The translations under genes were made by a program, and so were the position numbers. DNA of 64,000 nucleotides from Candidatus Omnitrophota bacterium (lineage in GTDB: Bacteria; Omnitrophota; Gorgyraeia; Duberdicusellales; 4484-171), in contig JAFGQU010000013.1 of assembly GCA_016935525.1 (NCBI GenBank), forward strand, positions 26,523-90,522. Direction: 5' to 3'. This document shows, piece after piece, positions 36,721 through 47,544 of this stretch. Under the pieces are notes generated by a model that was not told the DNA's origin, did no database searches, and worked only from the letters and a program-made list of their open reading frames with translations. Every line of letters starts with the position of its first letter. Position 1 is the first letter of the stretch.

Positions 36721-39606
36721 ATGATCTGGCGTATAGACGTTTTTTCTCAAATCAAACCTAATGACCATAGCGTGTGTTCCCATATCCAGGACCTCGGAAT
36801 TCAGAAGGCCTGTGAGGTCACTGTCAGAAAAGTCTATTGTATTGAGTCAGATCCCCCGCGAAATCGTATTGAAGATATTTCCCGTAAGTTATTGATCGAT
36901 CCGGTGATCGAACGGTTCACGGTAAGCGAGGGGTTTTATGAAAAACCGCCGGGACCGGGTGAGATTATGATCACCTATAATCCCGGGGTCTGTGACCCGG
37001 TTTCTTTGTCTTTGGCGAAAGCCCTCGGCGATCTTGAGTTTGATGCGAAAAACGTGTGTACGGGGAGGGCGTATACATTCGAGGGGCTTACCGATGAAGA
37101 AATACGGTATGTTGCCGAGAAGTTGTTATACAATCCTTTGATCGAGCATATCGTCGAATACGAAAAAGTGAAAGATCTGGTTACTCTCGATGTGTTTAGC
37201 GGTACGGCATATTCGTTTCGTCTTAACACCGTACCGATTACCCAAGCTACCGATGATGAGTTGATGGAGATATCGCGTAAAGGGTGTCTCTCGCTTAATA
37301 CGGCCGAGATGAAACTCATCCAGCGTTATTTTAAAGATCAAAGGCGTGAGCCGACCGATTGTGAACTGGAGACTGTCGCTCAGACCTGGTCGGAACATTG
37401 CGCGCATAAGACGTTTCGCGGATTGATCACGTATGAAGAACGCGACGACCAGGGTAAACTCATCGAATCTCAGGAAATACATAATCTGCTGAAATCGACG
37501 GTGATGAAAGCTACCGAGGATATCGGTTCTCAAGATTGTATATCGGTATTCAGCGACAATTCCGGAGTTGTCCGGTTTAATGAAGATTCGCATCTTTGTT
37601 TTAAAGTAGAGACCCATAACCATCCTTCAAGCCTTGAGCCTTATGGCGGGGCGTCTACCGGCATCGGCGGGGTGATCCGTGATATCCTCGGTACCGGATG
37701 CGCGGCTCGTCCGTTTGCTTCGATCGATGTGTTTTGTTTTTCGCCCTGGCGGATGTCATACCAGGATGTCCCCAAAGGGCTGCTTCATCCCCGGCGGGTG
37801 ATCAAAGGAGTAGTGCGGGGGGTACGGGATTACGGGAACCGTATGGGGATTCCGACGGTCGCCGGCGCGGTAGTATTTGATGAGCGGTTTTTAGGAAATC
37901 CCCTGGTATATTGCGGTACGTTAGGCCTTATTCCTCACGATAAAGTAGAAAAACAGGTATCGTGCGGCGATGTGGTGATCGTCTGCGGCGCGCGTACCGG
38001 ACGCGACGGTATCCATGGCGCGACGTTCTCATCGATCGAACTCGATGAAACGACGATCACCCTTACTCAGGCAGTACAGATCGGTAATCCTATCGAAGAG
38101 AAAAAACTTACCGAAGCGATCCTGCGGGCTCAAAGAGCGGACCTTTTCTCCGCCATTACCGATTGCGGAGCCGGGGGCTTAAGCAGCGCGGTAACTGAAC
38201 TTGCGGCGGATCATGGGGTACGGGTGGATCTGGAAAAAGTGCCGCTTAAATATGCCGGCTTGACGTATACCGAAATATGGATATCGGAGTCTCAGGAACG
38301 GATGGTCTTTTTTACTCAAAAAGATAAAATCGAAGATATCCGCAGGATTTTTCAGGAAGAAGAAGTGGAATTCAGCGTGATCGGCGAGGTTACGCAAGAT
38401 AAACAACTCGCTCTTTTCTATGAAGGCAATCAGGTGTGCCGGTTGGATCTCGATTTTCTTTTTAAAATACCGCGTCTTGAAAAAAAAGCGGTCTGGGTGA
38501 GGCCGCAGGAGATCAGGATCGCCCTGGATGAAAAAGACAATTACACCCATGACCTGAAATCGTTGCTGGCGTCTCCCAATATCGCTCCTAAAGACTGGAT
38601 CGTGACCGAATATGATCATGAAGTGCAGGGCGGGTCGGTAGTGAAACCGTTTAAAGAAACAGGCAATATCGCGGTAAGCGATGCCAGTGTCGTGAGGCCG
38701 GACTTACATAGTGAAAAAGCGGTCGTAATCGGGTTAGGCATAAATCCGTTCTATTCGGATATCGATCCTTACTGGATGGCGGCGTTGGCGATCGATGAAG
38801 CGATACGTAATATCATCGCATCCGGCGGTACCCTTACCCATACGTTTTTGCTCGATAATTTCAGTTGGGGAGCGCCTACCGACGAGAAAGTCTTAGGGGG
38901 CTTGGTGAGGGCAAGCCGGGCTTGTTACGATTTTGCCACACAGTTCGGGACCCCGTTTATTTCCGGTAAAGACAGTCTTTATAACGAATATATTGTCGAA
39001 GATACACGGATCTCAATACCGGGAACACTGCTTATTTCGGCGGTCTCGGTGATCGAGAGCTGGAAGAAGACGATTAAAAACCATTTCACTAAAAAAGATG
39101 ATCTGATCTATCTGGTAGGACAGACAAAACCGGAAATGGGCTCATCAGAATATTTTCGTCAACATAACGTCGCCGGCGGTATCGTCCCTAAAATAGAGCC
39201 TTATGCCTGCGAGATATTCAAGAAATTGAGCGAAGCGATTACGAAAGGGTATGTCTCATCTTGCCATGATTGTTCAGAGGGCGGATGCGCGGTTGCACTT
39301 GGCGAGATGTGTATCGGAGCCAATATCGGAGCGAATATATTTTTGGCCGAGATGCCCCAAACCGAGAATATGAGGTCTTATGAACTGCTTTTTTCCGAAT
39401 CTCCTTCCCGGTTTATCGTCGAGGTGAGAAAAGAAAATAAAGAGAATTTCGAAAAGATCATCCAGGGCGTTCCTTACGGGTTGATCGGATGTGTTTCCGG
39501 CGATGAGAAGCTGTTGATCCATGATAAGAACAATGATGTGGTCGTCGGGGCATCCCTTTCCGAATTAAAACAGGCCTGGATACACACGTTCAGTGAATTT
39601 CGATGA
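36721..39606 (+). CDS. purL: FGAM synthase subunit PurL with N-terminal PurS-like repeats
   Basis: WSEHC.HK, KVETHNHPS, TGRDGIHGA, DCGAGG, SESQERM, YDHEV, ISGKDS; N-terminal L.DPVIE and LYNPLIE PurS-like motifs. Confidence 0.95.
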   Translation: MIWRIDVFSQIKPNDHSVCSHIQDLGIQKACEVTVRKVYCIESDPPRNRIEDISRKLLIDPVIERFTVSEGFYEKPPGPGEIMITYNPGVCDPVSLSLAKALGDLEFDAKNVCTGRAYTFEGLTDEEIRYVAEKLLYNPLIEHIVEYEKVKDLVTLDVFSGTAYSFRLNTVPITQATDDELMEISRKGCLSLNTAEMKLIQRYFKDQRREPTDCELETVAQTWSEHCAHKTFRGLITYEERDDQGKLIESQEIHNLLKSTVMKATEDIGSQDCISVFSDNSGVVRFNEDSHLCFKVETHNHPSSLEPYGGASTGIGGVIRDILGTGCAARPFASIDVFCFSPWRMSYQDVPKGLLHPRRVIKGVVRGVRDYGNRMGIPTVAGAVVFDERFLGNPLVYCGTLGLIPHDKVEKQVSCGDVVIVCGARTGRDGIHGATFSSIELDETTITLTQAVQIGNPIEEKKLTEAILRAQRADLFSAITDCGAGGLSSAVTELAADHGVRVDLEKVPLKYAGLTYTEIWISESQERMVFFTQKDKIEDIRRIFQEEEVEFSVIGEVTQDKQLALFYEGNQVCRLDLDFLFKIPRLEKKAVWVRPQEIRIALDEKDNYTHDLKSLLASPNIAPKDWIVTEYDHEVQGGSVVKPFKETGNIAVSDASVVRPDLHSEKAVVIGLGINPFYSDIDPYWMAALAIDEAIRNIIASGGTLTHTFLLDNFSWGAPTDEKVLGGLVRASRACYDFATQFGTPFISGKDSLYNEYIVEDTRISIPGTLLISAVSVIESWKKTIKNHFTKKDDLIYLVGQTKPEMGSSEYFRQHNVAGGIVPKIEPYACEIFKKLSEAITKGYVSSCHDCSEGGCAVALGEMCIGANIGANIFLAEMPQTENMRSYELLFSESPSRFIVEVRKENKENFEKIIQGVPYGLIGCVSGDEKLLIHDKNNDVVVGASLSELKQAWIHTFSEFR

Positions 39607-40373
39607 GTATTAAAACGTTAGTGTTAAGGACTGCCGGGATCAATTGTGACGCCGAAAGCGAATACGCCTTTCGCAGCTTAGGCTCCCAAGTCGACCGGCT
39701 GCATATTAACCGTCTTAAACAAAGAGTGTCGCTCACCGATTATCAGATCATCTGTGTGCCGGGGGGGTTTAGTTATGGAGACGATCTGGGTGCCGGTAAG
39801 ATATTTTCTTTAGAACTGTTGTTGTGGTTTAAAGACCAGTTACAGCAGTTTTTAAAAAAAGACGGGTTGATCATCGGTATTTGTAACGGATTCCAGGTGC
39901 TGGTGAAAACCGGGATACTTCCTGATACCGATTTTGTCCAGAAAGTGACTTTGACCGATAACGATTCCGGACGGTTTGAAGACCGTTGGATCCACTTGAA
40001 AGTCCCCCAGGATCCTTCTCATCCGGCTCGGCGGATATGGCTTAAAAGTCTGCCTGAGATCATCCAGTTGCCGGTAGCTCACGGCGAAGGTAAATTCTTT
40101 GCGAACGACAAAGTTTTAGATACAATAAACGGATCGGAACAGGTCGCGTTACGTTACGTGGATGCGTCCGGGAAAGTGTCCGGGTATCCGGCTAACCCTA
40201 ACGGGTCTTTAGAAAGTATCGCCGGGATCACCGATACCCAGGGTAAGGTGTTCGGGTTGATGCCTCACCCGGAAAGATGTTTCCAGGAACACCATCATCC
40301 TTTCTGGCAGCAGAAAGAGAAAGTCACTTTTGGCCGTAAAATTTTTCAAAACGCCATCGACTATTTCAAATGA
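39603..40373 (+). CDS. purQ: FGAM synthase glutaminase subunit PurQ
   Basis: GINCD, PGGFSYGD, GICNGFQ, HGEG, NPNGS, GLMPHPER. Confidence 0.96.
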   Translation: MSIKTLVLRTAGINCDAESEYAFRSLGSQVDRLHINRLKQRVSLTDYQIICVPGGFSYGDDLGAGKIFSLELLLWFKDQLQQFLKKDGLIIGICNGFQVLVKTGILPDTDFVQKVTLTDNDSGRFEDRWIHLKVPQDPSHPARRIWLKSLPEIIQLPVAHGEGKFFANDKVLDTINGSEQVALRYVDASGKVSGYPANPNGSLESIAGITDTQGKVFGLMPHPERCFQEHHHPFWQQKEKVTFGRKIFQNAIDYFK

Positions 40374-41401
40374 GATCTTCTAAAAGGGTATCCTACAAAT
40401 CGTGCGGGGTGAGTATCGCCGGCGGCGAAAAATTCGTCACGACCATTAAACGCCTCTTTCCGAAAAAAGCCAAAGAGACGGTATCGGCGTTCAGCTCGTT
40501 GTTTCCGCTTGCAAAGTTGTCAAAACACTACCAGGAGCCGTTACTGGTCGCTTCCACCGACGGGGTAGGGACTAAACTGCTTATCGCGCAGAGTCTCAAT
40601 ATCCATCATACCGTGGGAATAGACCTGGTAGCGATGAATACGAACGATATTATCAGTATCGGGGCCCGTCCGCTTTTCTTTTTAGATTATATCGCTTGCG
40701 GTAAAGTGCATCACCGCCTTTTGACTACATTGATGCAGGGGATAAAACGCGGCCTGGAATTTTCCGAATGTCAGTTGATCGGGGGAGAGACGGCCGAGAT
40801 GCCGGATATGTATACACCTAGCGAGTATGACCTTGCCGGGTTTTGTACGGGAATAGTGGATAAAAAAAGGATCATCGACGGCCGAAAGATCTCCCGGGGC
40901 GACATAGTGATCGGCCTGGCTTCAAGCGGTATCCATTCTAACGGGTATTCTTTGGTGAGGAAAGTGTTTACTCCTTTAGAAATAAAAAAATATTCCCGTC
41001 AGATCCTGGAGCCGACCCGTATTTATGTGAAACCTATATTGAATTTGATCGAGAAGATCAAAGATCTGCATACGGTAGTGAAAGGTATCGCTCATGTTAC
41101 CGGCGGCGCGTATTACACAAAAGCGACTAAGATCATCCCTCACCGGTACAGTATGTCGCTCGATAAGAGGGCCTGGCCGGTACCGGAGATATTTACACGG
41201 ATACAGAAAAAAGGGCGGGTATCGGAAAAAGAGATGTATTCGGTATTCAATATGGGGATCGGGATGATCGTGGTCGTACATAAAGACCATCTCGAACGTT
41301 GTGTGAAGAAATTACGTAATTATTGTAAATGTTATGTGATCGGCGAGATCGTGAAATCCAAGAAGGCAGGAGAGAAAGTCGTATGGGCAAAAAAGTCCTG
41401 A
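40370..41401 (+). CDS. purM: AIR synthetase
   Basis: TDGVGTK, GIDLVAM, PLFFLDY, GGETAEMP, SSGIHSNGYSL, HVTGG, FNMGIG. Confidence 0.96.
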   Translation: MRSSKRVSYKSCGVSIAGGEKFVTTIKRLFPKKAKETVSAFSSLFPLAKLSKHYQEPLLVASTDGVGTKLLIAQSLNIHHTVGIDLVAMNTNDIISIGARPLFFLDYIACGKVHHRLLTTLMQGIKRGLEFSECQLIGGETAEMPDMYTPSEYDLAGFCTGIVDKKRIIDGRKISRGDIVIGLASSGIHSNGYSLVRKVFTPLEIKKYSRQILEPTRIYVKPILNLIEKIKDLHTVVKGIAHVTGGAYYTKATKIIPHRYSMSLDKRAWPVPEIFTRIQKKGRVSEKEMYSVFNMGIGMIVVVHKDHLERCVKKLRNYCKCYVIGEIVKSKKAGEKVVWAKKS

Positions 41402-42681
41402 TTATAGGAAGCGGCGGCCGGGAACATAGTCTTGCCTGGAAAATCGCGCAATCACCGCTTACCGAAAAGATCTATTGCGCCCCCGGTAACGGCGGGACAC
41501 ACGATCTGGGAGAAAATGTTCCGATAAAAGCTACCGATCCGGATGCATTATTGGCTTTTGCTCAGAAAAAAGAGATAGATTTTGTGATCGTAGGGCCTGA
41601 GGCTCCGTTGGTCGACGGGATTGTCGACCTATTTGAATCGGCGGATATCCCTATCTTCGGCCCTTCGGGCGAACTGGCCCGGCTGGAGGGAAGTAAGGTC
41701 TATAGTAAAGAACTGTTAAAGAAGTTCAATATTCCTACCGCGGACTTTCAGGTGTTCGATAATGCCGATGAGGCGCTATCTTACGTACGGGCGAAAGGAG
41801 CTCCGATCGTCATTAAAGCCGACGGGCTTGCCGCCGGTAAAGGCGTGATTATTGCCAAGACTCTCGATGAAGCCGCCGGTGCGATCGATATGATTATGCG
41901 GCAAAAACAGTTCGGGTTTGCCGGCAGCCAGATAATAATCGAAGATATGCTTGAAGGTGAAGAAACTTCGATCCTGGTCGTGACCGACGGGACGACGATT
42001 GTGCCGCTTGTCGCGTCCCAGGACCATAAACGGGTGGGTGACGGTGATCAGGGGCCTAATACCGGCGGGATGGGCGCGTATGCTCCGGCACCGCTGGTCG
42101 ATGAGGCTATGGCTCATAAGATCATCTCGGAAGTATTTGAACCGTTGATCCGGGGATTGAAAAAAGAAGGTAAGAAATATAAAGGTATACTGTATGGCGG
42201 GCTAATGATCAAAGATAACCAGCCTTATGTCTTAGAGTTTAACGTGCGGTTCGGCGACCCGGAAACCCAGGTGGTGTTACCTAAACTAAAGTCTGACCTG
42301 TTGGAATTGATGATAAAGACTACCGAGGAACGTTTAGAAGGAGTGATGTTGGAATGGGATCCGCGTTATTGTGTCGGGGTAGTGCTCGCATCGGAGGGGT
42401 ATCCCGGTAGTTATGAAAAAGGAAAAGAGATCTCCGGTTTAGATACAGTAGCCGCCCAGAAAGATATCTATGTGTTCCATGCCGGGACACAACGGACCGA
42501 AGGCGGGAAAATCGTAACTGACGGGGGTCGGGTGCTTAATGTCGTGGGAATGGCCGATACGCTCATTTTGGCTAAACAGAAAGCTTACCAGGGAGCCGAG
42601 ATGATCGACTTTAACGGTGTTCATTTCCGTCGTGATATCGGCGATAAGGGTTTAAAATTACTTTTCCCTCAGGCGAAATGA
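41383..42681 (+). CDS. purD: Phosphoribosylamine-glycine ligase
   Basis: GSGGREH, GPEAPL, LEGSK, KADGLAAGKGV, QDHKR..DGD.GPNTGGMGAY, EFNVRFGDPE. Confidence 0.96.
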   Translation: MGKKVLIIGSGGREHSLAWKIAQSPLTEKIYCAPGNGGTHDLGENVPIKATDPDALLAFAQKKEIDFVIVGPEAPLVDGIVDLFESADIPIFGPSGELARLEGSKVYSKELLKKFNIPTADFQVFDNADEALSYVRAKGAPIVIKADGLAAGKGVIIAKTLDEAAGAIDMIMRQKQFGFAGSQIIIEDMLEGEETSILVVTDGTTIVPLVASQDHKRVGDGDQGPNTGGMGAYAPAPLVDEAMAHKIISEVFEPLIRGLKKEGKKYKGILYGGLMIKDNQPYVLEFNVRFGDPETQVVLPKLKSDLLELMIKTTEERLEGVMLEWDPRYCVGVVLASEGYPGSYEKGKEISGLDTVAAQKDIYVFHAGTQRTEGGKIVTDGGRVLNVVGMADTLILAKQKAYQGAEMIDFNGVHFRRDIGDKGLKLLFPQAK

Positions 42682-42727
42682 TGAGGGATTGCAATTTCCA
42701 AGGTGAACAGATAAAATAGGGGGGAAT

Positions 42728-43186
42728 ATGAAAGCAAAAATAGCGATCGTATTGGGTAGTAAATCGGATAAGGCCAGATTAGAAGAAGGTTTTTCTCTGC
42801 TCAAAGCCGTCCGTATCGGGTATACGTTAGAAATAATCTCTGCCCATCGCAATCCCGATGAGTTGCGTACGTTTTGCAAATATGCCAAACGCCGTGGGAT
42901 AGAGGTCATTATCGCCTGCGCGGGGCTGGCTGCGGCTCTGCCCGGATTTATCGCTTCTTATGTCGATATCCCGGTGATCGGAGTCCCGCTTGAAGGCGGA
43001 CCGCTTAATGGGTTTGAGAGTCTCGTTTCTATTGTCGAGGTGCCAAAAGGTATCGGCCTGGTCAGTACCGGTATCGGTAAAAAGGGGTTCTTTAACGCGA
43101 TCATCTTTGCGTTACGGATACTCGCTTGCCAGCATAAAGAATATCAGAAAGCGTTGGTTACCGTCACCAATAAATTTAAAAAATGA
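42728..43186 (+). CDS. purE: AIR carboxylase/N5-CAIR mutase PurE
   Basis: GSKSD, SAHRNP, AGLAAALPG, PVIGVP. Confidence 0.88.
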   Translation: MKAKIAIVLGSKSDKARLEEGFSLLKAVRIGYTLEIISAHRNPDELRTFCKYAKRRGIEVIIACAGLAAALPGFIASYVDIPVIGVPLEGGPLNGFESLVSIVEVPKGIGLVSTGIGKKGFFNAIIFALRILACQHKEYQKALVTVTNKFKK

Positions 43187-44244
43187 AAAGGATTTCTCTT
43201 AACGCTCAAAATTCCGATCTGTCTCTTTTCCAGGAAGTAAAAGATATTATCCTGAAAGGAGGAATCGTGGCGTTACCGACCGAGACCGTATATGGGCTGG
43301 GAGCGTTGGCCCGTAGTAAGTCGGCAGTCGAAAAACTGGTTGCGCTTAAACAACGGGATCTGAACAAACCGTTTACTCTGGTCGTAGGGAACATCGATCA
43401 GGCATTGAATATTTTTATGACCTTGCCTCCTTACGGGTACCGGCTCATCGAACGGTTCTGGCCCGGGCCGTTGACGCTTATTTTCTATGATAAAAAAGGG
43501 GATAAGGTGGGCATACGGGTGCCGGCCCATGAAGTATTACAACGGATATTGACCGGATTGACCGAACCGATCTATCTTCCTTCGGCCAATATCAGCGGAA
43601 ATAAGGAATCGTTAAGCGCCGATGAAGTAGAAACCGTGTTTAACGGGAGGATCGACCTGATCGTCGATAGCGGCGCTCCTCAGTATTGTCAGCCTTCTAC
43701 GGTGTTGGATATTACGTATCATCCTTTTAAGATCCTGAGGGAAGGGGTGGTGAGTACCCGGGAGATCGTCGAGAGTTTTGTGAGAAAACGGCTGGTATTT
43801 GTATGTACGGGTAATACCTGCCGTTCGGTACTTGGTGAATATCTTTTGAAAAAATATTTATTCGAATATGATCCGGGCCTTGCCGATCGATACGAGATCA
43901 TCTCCCGCGGAGTTTCTGCCGGCATTGGATGCGGAGCTTCCGATGGGGTGCTCGATATCCTTTTTCATGAAGAACAGATCGGGGCGGTAGACCATATATC
44001 GCAACGGTTAGACCATTATACGGTCCTTTCGTCAGACTTGATATTTACTATGGAAGAAAGTCAGAGAGAGTATGTGCTTCAAATGGAGCCCACGGCGGAG
44101 GCGAGAGTATTTGCGTTAAGTAAATTCTTGCCGGGAAGCCCGCAAAAAGATATTCAGGACCCTATCGGCCAGCCGAAGGAAGTGTATCAAAAAGCCTATG
44201 AATTGATAAAACAGAGTGTGGTAGAATTGAGAGAATGGCTGTAA
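43183..44244 (+). CDS. Fusion: threonylcarbamoyl-AMP synthase (TsaC/Sua5/YwlC) + low-molecular-weight protein phosphatase (YwlE-like)
   Basis: PTETVYGL, K.R...KP, WPGPLT, SANISG; then FVCTGNTCRS P-loop and DIQDPIG. Confidence 0.88.
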   Translation: MKRISLNAQNSDLSLFQEVKDIILKGGIVALPTETVYGLGALARSKSAVEKLVALKQRDLNKPFTLVVGNIDQALNIFMTLPPYGYRLIERFWPGPLTLIFYDKKGDKVGIRVPAHEVLQRILTGLTEPIYLPSANISGNKESLSADEVETVFNGRIDLIVDSGAPQYCQPSTVLDITYHPFKILREGVVSTREIVESFVRKRLVFVCTGNTCRSVLGEYLLKKYLFEYDPGLADRYEIISRGVSAGIGCGASDGVLDILFHEEQIGAVDHISQRLDHYTVLSSDLIFTMEESQREYVLQMEPTAEARVFALSKFLPGSPQKDIQDPIGQPKEVYQKAYELIKQSVVELREWL

Positions 44245-44245
44245 T

Positions 44246-44405
44246 CACGTCACAAAGTCACATAGTCACAAGGTCACACGTGTGCCTTCGGCATGTCACA
44301 AGGACACATAGACACATGGTCACAAGTAAAGAGAAAAATACGTGTGACGTGTGTCGTGCAACGTGTGACAAGCCTGCTGGGTAGGCTTTCGTGTGTCGTG
44401 TGACT
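44246..44405. repeat. GTCACA/TGTGAC inverted array, long copy (reverse-complement homolog of 17930-18096)
   Basis: Contains TGCCTTCGGCA, TGTGACGTGTGTCGTGCAACGTGTGAC and AGCCTGC..GTAGGCT in mirror order to the 17.9-kb copy. Confidence 0.8.
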
Positions 44406-44423
44406 TATATGGATATTAATGTT

Positions 44424-44873
44424 ATGAAGATAGGTTTCGCGTGTGACCATCGCGGTTTTAATTTAAAAAACTTTCTTATGGATGTAAGTAAAGAGAAAGG
44501 ACATAGTGTCATAGATTATGGCACCTATTCCCGGGATTCTTGTGATTATCCCGATTATGCGGTAGCTTTAACAAGCGGGATAAACGAAAAAAAAGTCGAT
44601 CGCGGCGTCTTGATCTGTTATACGGGAGTGGGGAGTTCGATCGCCGCCAATAAAGTAAAAGGGATACGGGCGGCGTTAGTATCGAATACGAAGATGGCGG
44701 CACTCACCCGTAAACATAATAACAGTAATGTCTTGGTATTGGGATCGGGGTTTCTTACCCGTGATGATGCGAAAAAAATCATGCTGAAATGGTTCGCAAC
44801 TGACTTTGAAGGCGGGCGGCATCTGCGCCGGTTACGTAAAATCAAGAAAATCGAGGAGACAAATGATGTATGA
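44424..44873 (+). CDS. rpiB: Ribose-5-phosphate isomerase B
   Basis: DHRG...[39 protein letters not shown]. Confidence 0.95.
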   Translation: MKIGFACDHRGFNLKNFLMDVSKEKGHSVIDYGTYSRDSCDYPDYAVALTSGINEKKVDRGVLICYTGVGSSIAANKVKGIRAALVSNTKMAALTRKHNNSNVLVLGSGFLTRDDAKKIMLKWFATDFEGGRHLRRLRKIKKIEETNDV

Positions 44874-46128
44874 AATTCTCAAAAATGTAGATCCCCAGGT
44901 ATATCAGAGTATCGTCCACGAGATCCATCGTCAGCGGGATCAGATCGAATTGATTGCCAGTGAAAATTTTGCGCCACTTGCGGTATTGGCGGCGGCGGCT
45001 TCTCCGCTTACCAATAAATACGCCGAAGGGTACCCCCGGGCCCGCTGGTACGGCGGATGTCAGTATATCGATCAGGCCGAAGACCTCGCCCGGGAACGTG
45101 TAATAAAACTTTTCGGTGCCGAACATGCTAATGTCCAGCCTCATTCGGGGACTCAGGCTAATATGGCGGTCCTTTTGGCGATGTTGGACGCAGGAGACAC
45201 GATCTTAGCTATGGATCTTGCCTGTGGCGGGCATCTTTCTCACGGCCATCCGATGAATTTCAGCGGGAAGTTCTATAATGTGGTTTCCTACGGAGTAGAC
45301 CGTAAGACCGAACAATTGGATTATAACGAAATCTCAGAGCTTGCCTCGACTCATAAACCGAAATTGATCATTGCCGGGGCAAGCGCCTATCCGCGGATCA
45401 TAGATTTTGCCAAGTTCCGGGCGATCGCCGATAAAGTAGGTGCCTATCTTCTGGTGGATATGGCCCACTTTGCCGGAATGGTCGCCGCCGGAATATATCC
45501 TAATCCCGTAGAATATGCCGAGTTTGTGACTTCGACTACTCATAAAACATTACGCGGACCCCGCGGTGGGTTCATCCTTTGTCAGAAAAAATTTGCCAAA
45601 AAAATCGACTCAGCCGTCTTTCCCGGGATCCAGGGCGGCCCGCTTATGCATATTATTGCCGCTAAAGCCGTAGGGTTCGGGCTTTCATTGAAAGATGAGT
45701 TTAAAGAGTATCAGAAAAAACTGGTGCGCAACGCGGCCTATTTCGCCGATGCCTTGAGTAAGAAAGATTTCCGCATTGTCTCAGGCGGTACCGATACGCA
45801 TCTGTTTTTAGTCGATGTGAGGGCAAAAGGATTGACCGGCAAAGAATGTGCTACCTTTTTAGAAGAGGTCAATATTACGGTGAATAAAAATCTTATCCCT
45901 TATGATCCCGAGCCGCCGCTGGTAACCAGCGGTATTCGTATTGGGACTCCGGCAATCACTACCCGGGGGATGGGGACTCTTGAGATGGAAATACTTGCCG
46001 AATGTATTGAGATGGCGGTATGCAATCGTAAAGATGCCGGAAAGATGGATCAGGTAAAGGAAAAAGTCGCGCAATTGGCGGAAAAGTTCCCGCTTTATCC
46101 GGAGATCAAAGACGCGGATGATCGCTGA
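44863..46128 (+). CDS. glyA: Serine hydroxymethyltransferase
   Basis: [47 protein letters not shown]. Confidence 0.97.
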   Translation: MMYEILKNVDPQVYQSIVHEIHRQRDQIELIASENFAPLAVLAAAASPLTNKYAEGYPRARWYGGCQYIDQAEDLARERVIKLFGAEHANVQPHSGTQANMAVLLAMLDAGDTILAMDLACGGHLSHGHPMNFSGKFYNVVSYGVDRKTEQLDYNEISELASTHKPKLIIAGASAYPRIIDFAKFRAIADKVGAYLLVDMAHFAGMVAAGIYPNPVEYAEFVTSTTHKTLRGPRGGFILCQKKFAKKIDSAVFPGIQGGPLMHIIAAKAVGFGLSLKDEFKEYQKKLVRNAAYFADALSKKDFRIVSGGTDTHLFLVDVRAKGLTGKECATFLEEVNITVNKNLIPYDPEPPLVTSGIRIGTPAITTRGMGTLEMEILAECIEMAVCNRKDAGKMDQVKEKVAQLAEKFPLYPEIKDADDR

Positions 46129-46156
46129 TTTGAAGAAACACAGATGATCGCAGATA
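46111..46156. repeat. CAGATGATC element, left arm only, overlapping the glyA stop
   Basis: gacgcggatgatcgctgat...acacagatgatcgcagat. Confidence 0.65.
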
Positions 46157-46167
46157 TGAGTATGAAT

Positions 46168-46650
46168 ATGCCACGTGTTGAGAAGAAAAAAAACAAAAGG
46201 AAACGTCCGGATTGGGAACAGTATTTCATGAAAGCGGCAGATCTGGTCAGTGAACGATCTACTTGTCTGCGCCGCCAGGTAGGGGCGGTATTGGTTAAAG
46301 ATAAACGGATCCTGGCAACCGGGTATAACGGGGCTCCTTCGGGGGTATCTCATTGCGAAGTTTCCGGATGTCTGCGGCAGAAACTTAAGGTCCCTTCCGG
46401 ACAGCGGCATGAGTTATGCCGCGGCCTTCATGCCGAACAGAATGTGCTTTTGCAAGCGGCGCTTCACGGGGTTTCGGTAAAAGGGAGCGTGTTGTATGTC
46501 ACTTGTGTGCCGTGCAGTATTTGTGCTAAAATGATCATCAATGCCGGCATAAAAGAAGTGTTCTATAAGGACAGCTATCCTGATGAGATGGCTGAATCGT
46601 TTTTAAAAGAAGCGAAAGTGAAATTAAAGAAATATAAAGGAAAGGAATAG
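46168..46650 (+). CDS. dCMP deaminase (ComEB-like)
   Basis: RPDW..YFM, RSTC.RRQVGA, TGYNG, HAEQN, PC..C. Confidence 0.92.
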   Translation: MPRVEKKKNKRKRPDWEQYFMKAADLVSERSTCLRRQVGAVLVKDKRILATGYNGAPSGVSHCEVSGCLRQKLKVPSGQRHELCRGLHAEQNVLLQAALHGVSVKGSVLYVTCVPCSICAKMIINAGIKEVFYKDSYPDEMAESFLKEAKVKLKKYKGKE

Positions 46651-46665
46651 TCCACTGCGAAGCAT

Positions 46666-47127
46666 ATGAAATGTCCTTTTTGTCACAGTAATTCCGATAA
46701 AGTTATCGATTCCCGGGAGACCCAGGAAGGGGTTTCTATCCGCCGTCGCCGGGAATGCACCAGTTGTAACCGGCGGTTTACTACCTATGAGTATATTGAA
46801 AAAGTGCCGTTGATGGTGGTAAAGAAAGACGGCCGGCGCGAGCCGTTTAGCCGGGAAAAGATATTGAGCGGCCTGATGCGGGCCTGCCAGAAACGGCCGA
46901 TCAGCATGGAACGATTGGATCAGCTGGTGAGCGAAGTCGAAAGTGTTATTCAGAAAAAATTTGATCAGGAAGTGCCTTCCAGCGCCGTCGGAGAGTTGGT
47001 GATCGAGAAGCTTCCCCAGATCGACGAGATCGCGTATGTGCGGTTTGCCAGTGTCTATCGGCATTTCAAGGATGTAAACCAATTCATGAAAGAACTGCGG
47101 GACGTGTTGAATAAAAAAATAAAATGA
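46666..47127 (+). CDS. nrdR: Transcriptional repressor NrdR
   Basis: MKCPFC, VIDSR, RRRREC..C..RFTTYE, ATP cone, AYVRFASVY. Confidence 0.97.
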   Translation: MKCPFCHSNSDKVIDSRETQEGVSIRRRRECTSCNRRFTTYEYIEKVPLMVVKKDGRREPFSREKILSGLMRACQKRPISMERLDQLVSEVESVIQKKFDQEVPSSAVGELVIEKLPQIDEIAYVRFASVYRHFKDVNQFMKELRDVLNKKIK

Positions 47128-47522
47128 TTGAAGTAGAATTATCAAGGATCATTATTGACGAACAAAAAAAAGAACAGATCGTCGTGCTTAAAGAAAAAAA
47201 CGGCACGAAACTCCTGCCGATAGTCATCGGGATCAATGAAGCCGCAGCGATCCGAATGAAGTTGAGCGGATTTGTGCCGCCGCGTCCACTTACCCATGAT
47301 CTGATTAAAAATCTTATTGAGAACCTCGGTGTAAGTCTGGAGAAAGTAGTGATTGATAAATTGGTGGACAGTACTTTTCATGCCAAATTGTATATACGGA
47401 GAAACGGCGAAACGCAAATGATCGATGCCCGCCCTTCAGACAGTATCGCTTTGGCAGTACGTACTAAATCGCGGCTTTTTGTCGAAGACGCCATCTTTGA
47501 ACAGCTTACCGGAAAAAGTTAA
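47124..47522 (+). CDS. Bifunctional nuclease family protein (DUF151)
   Basis: [28 protein letters not shown]. Confidence 0.92.
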   Translation: MIEVELSRIIIDEQKKEQIVVLKEKNGTKLLPIVIGINEAAAIRMKLSGFVPPRPLTHDLIKNLIENLGVSLEKVVIDKLVDSTFHAKLYIRRNGETQMIDARPSDSIALAVRTKSRLFVEDAIFEQLTGKS

Positions 47523-47544
47523 CATTAAATCCTCACCTTCTTGT

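Noticed and set aside
36721-37250. PurS-like repeats fused to PurL as a novelty
   Set aside because: Intermediate-size PurL proteins with built-in PurS domains and a separate PurQ are a known architecture
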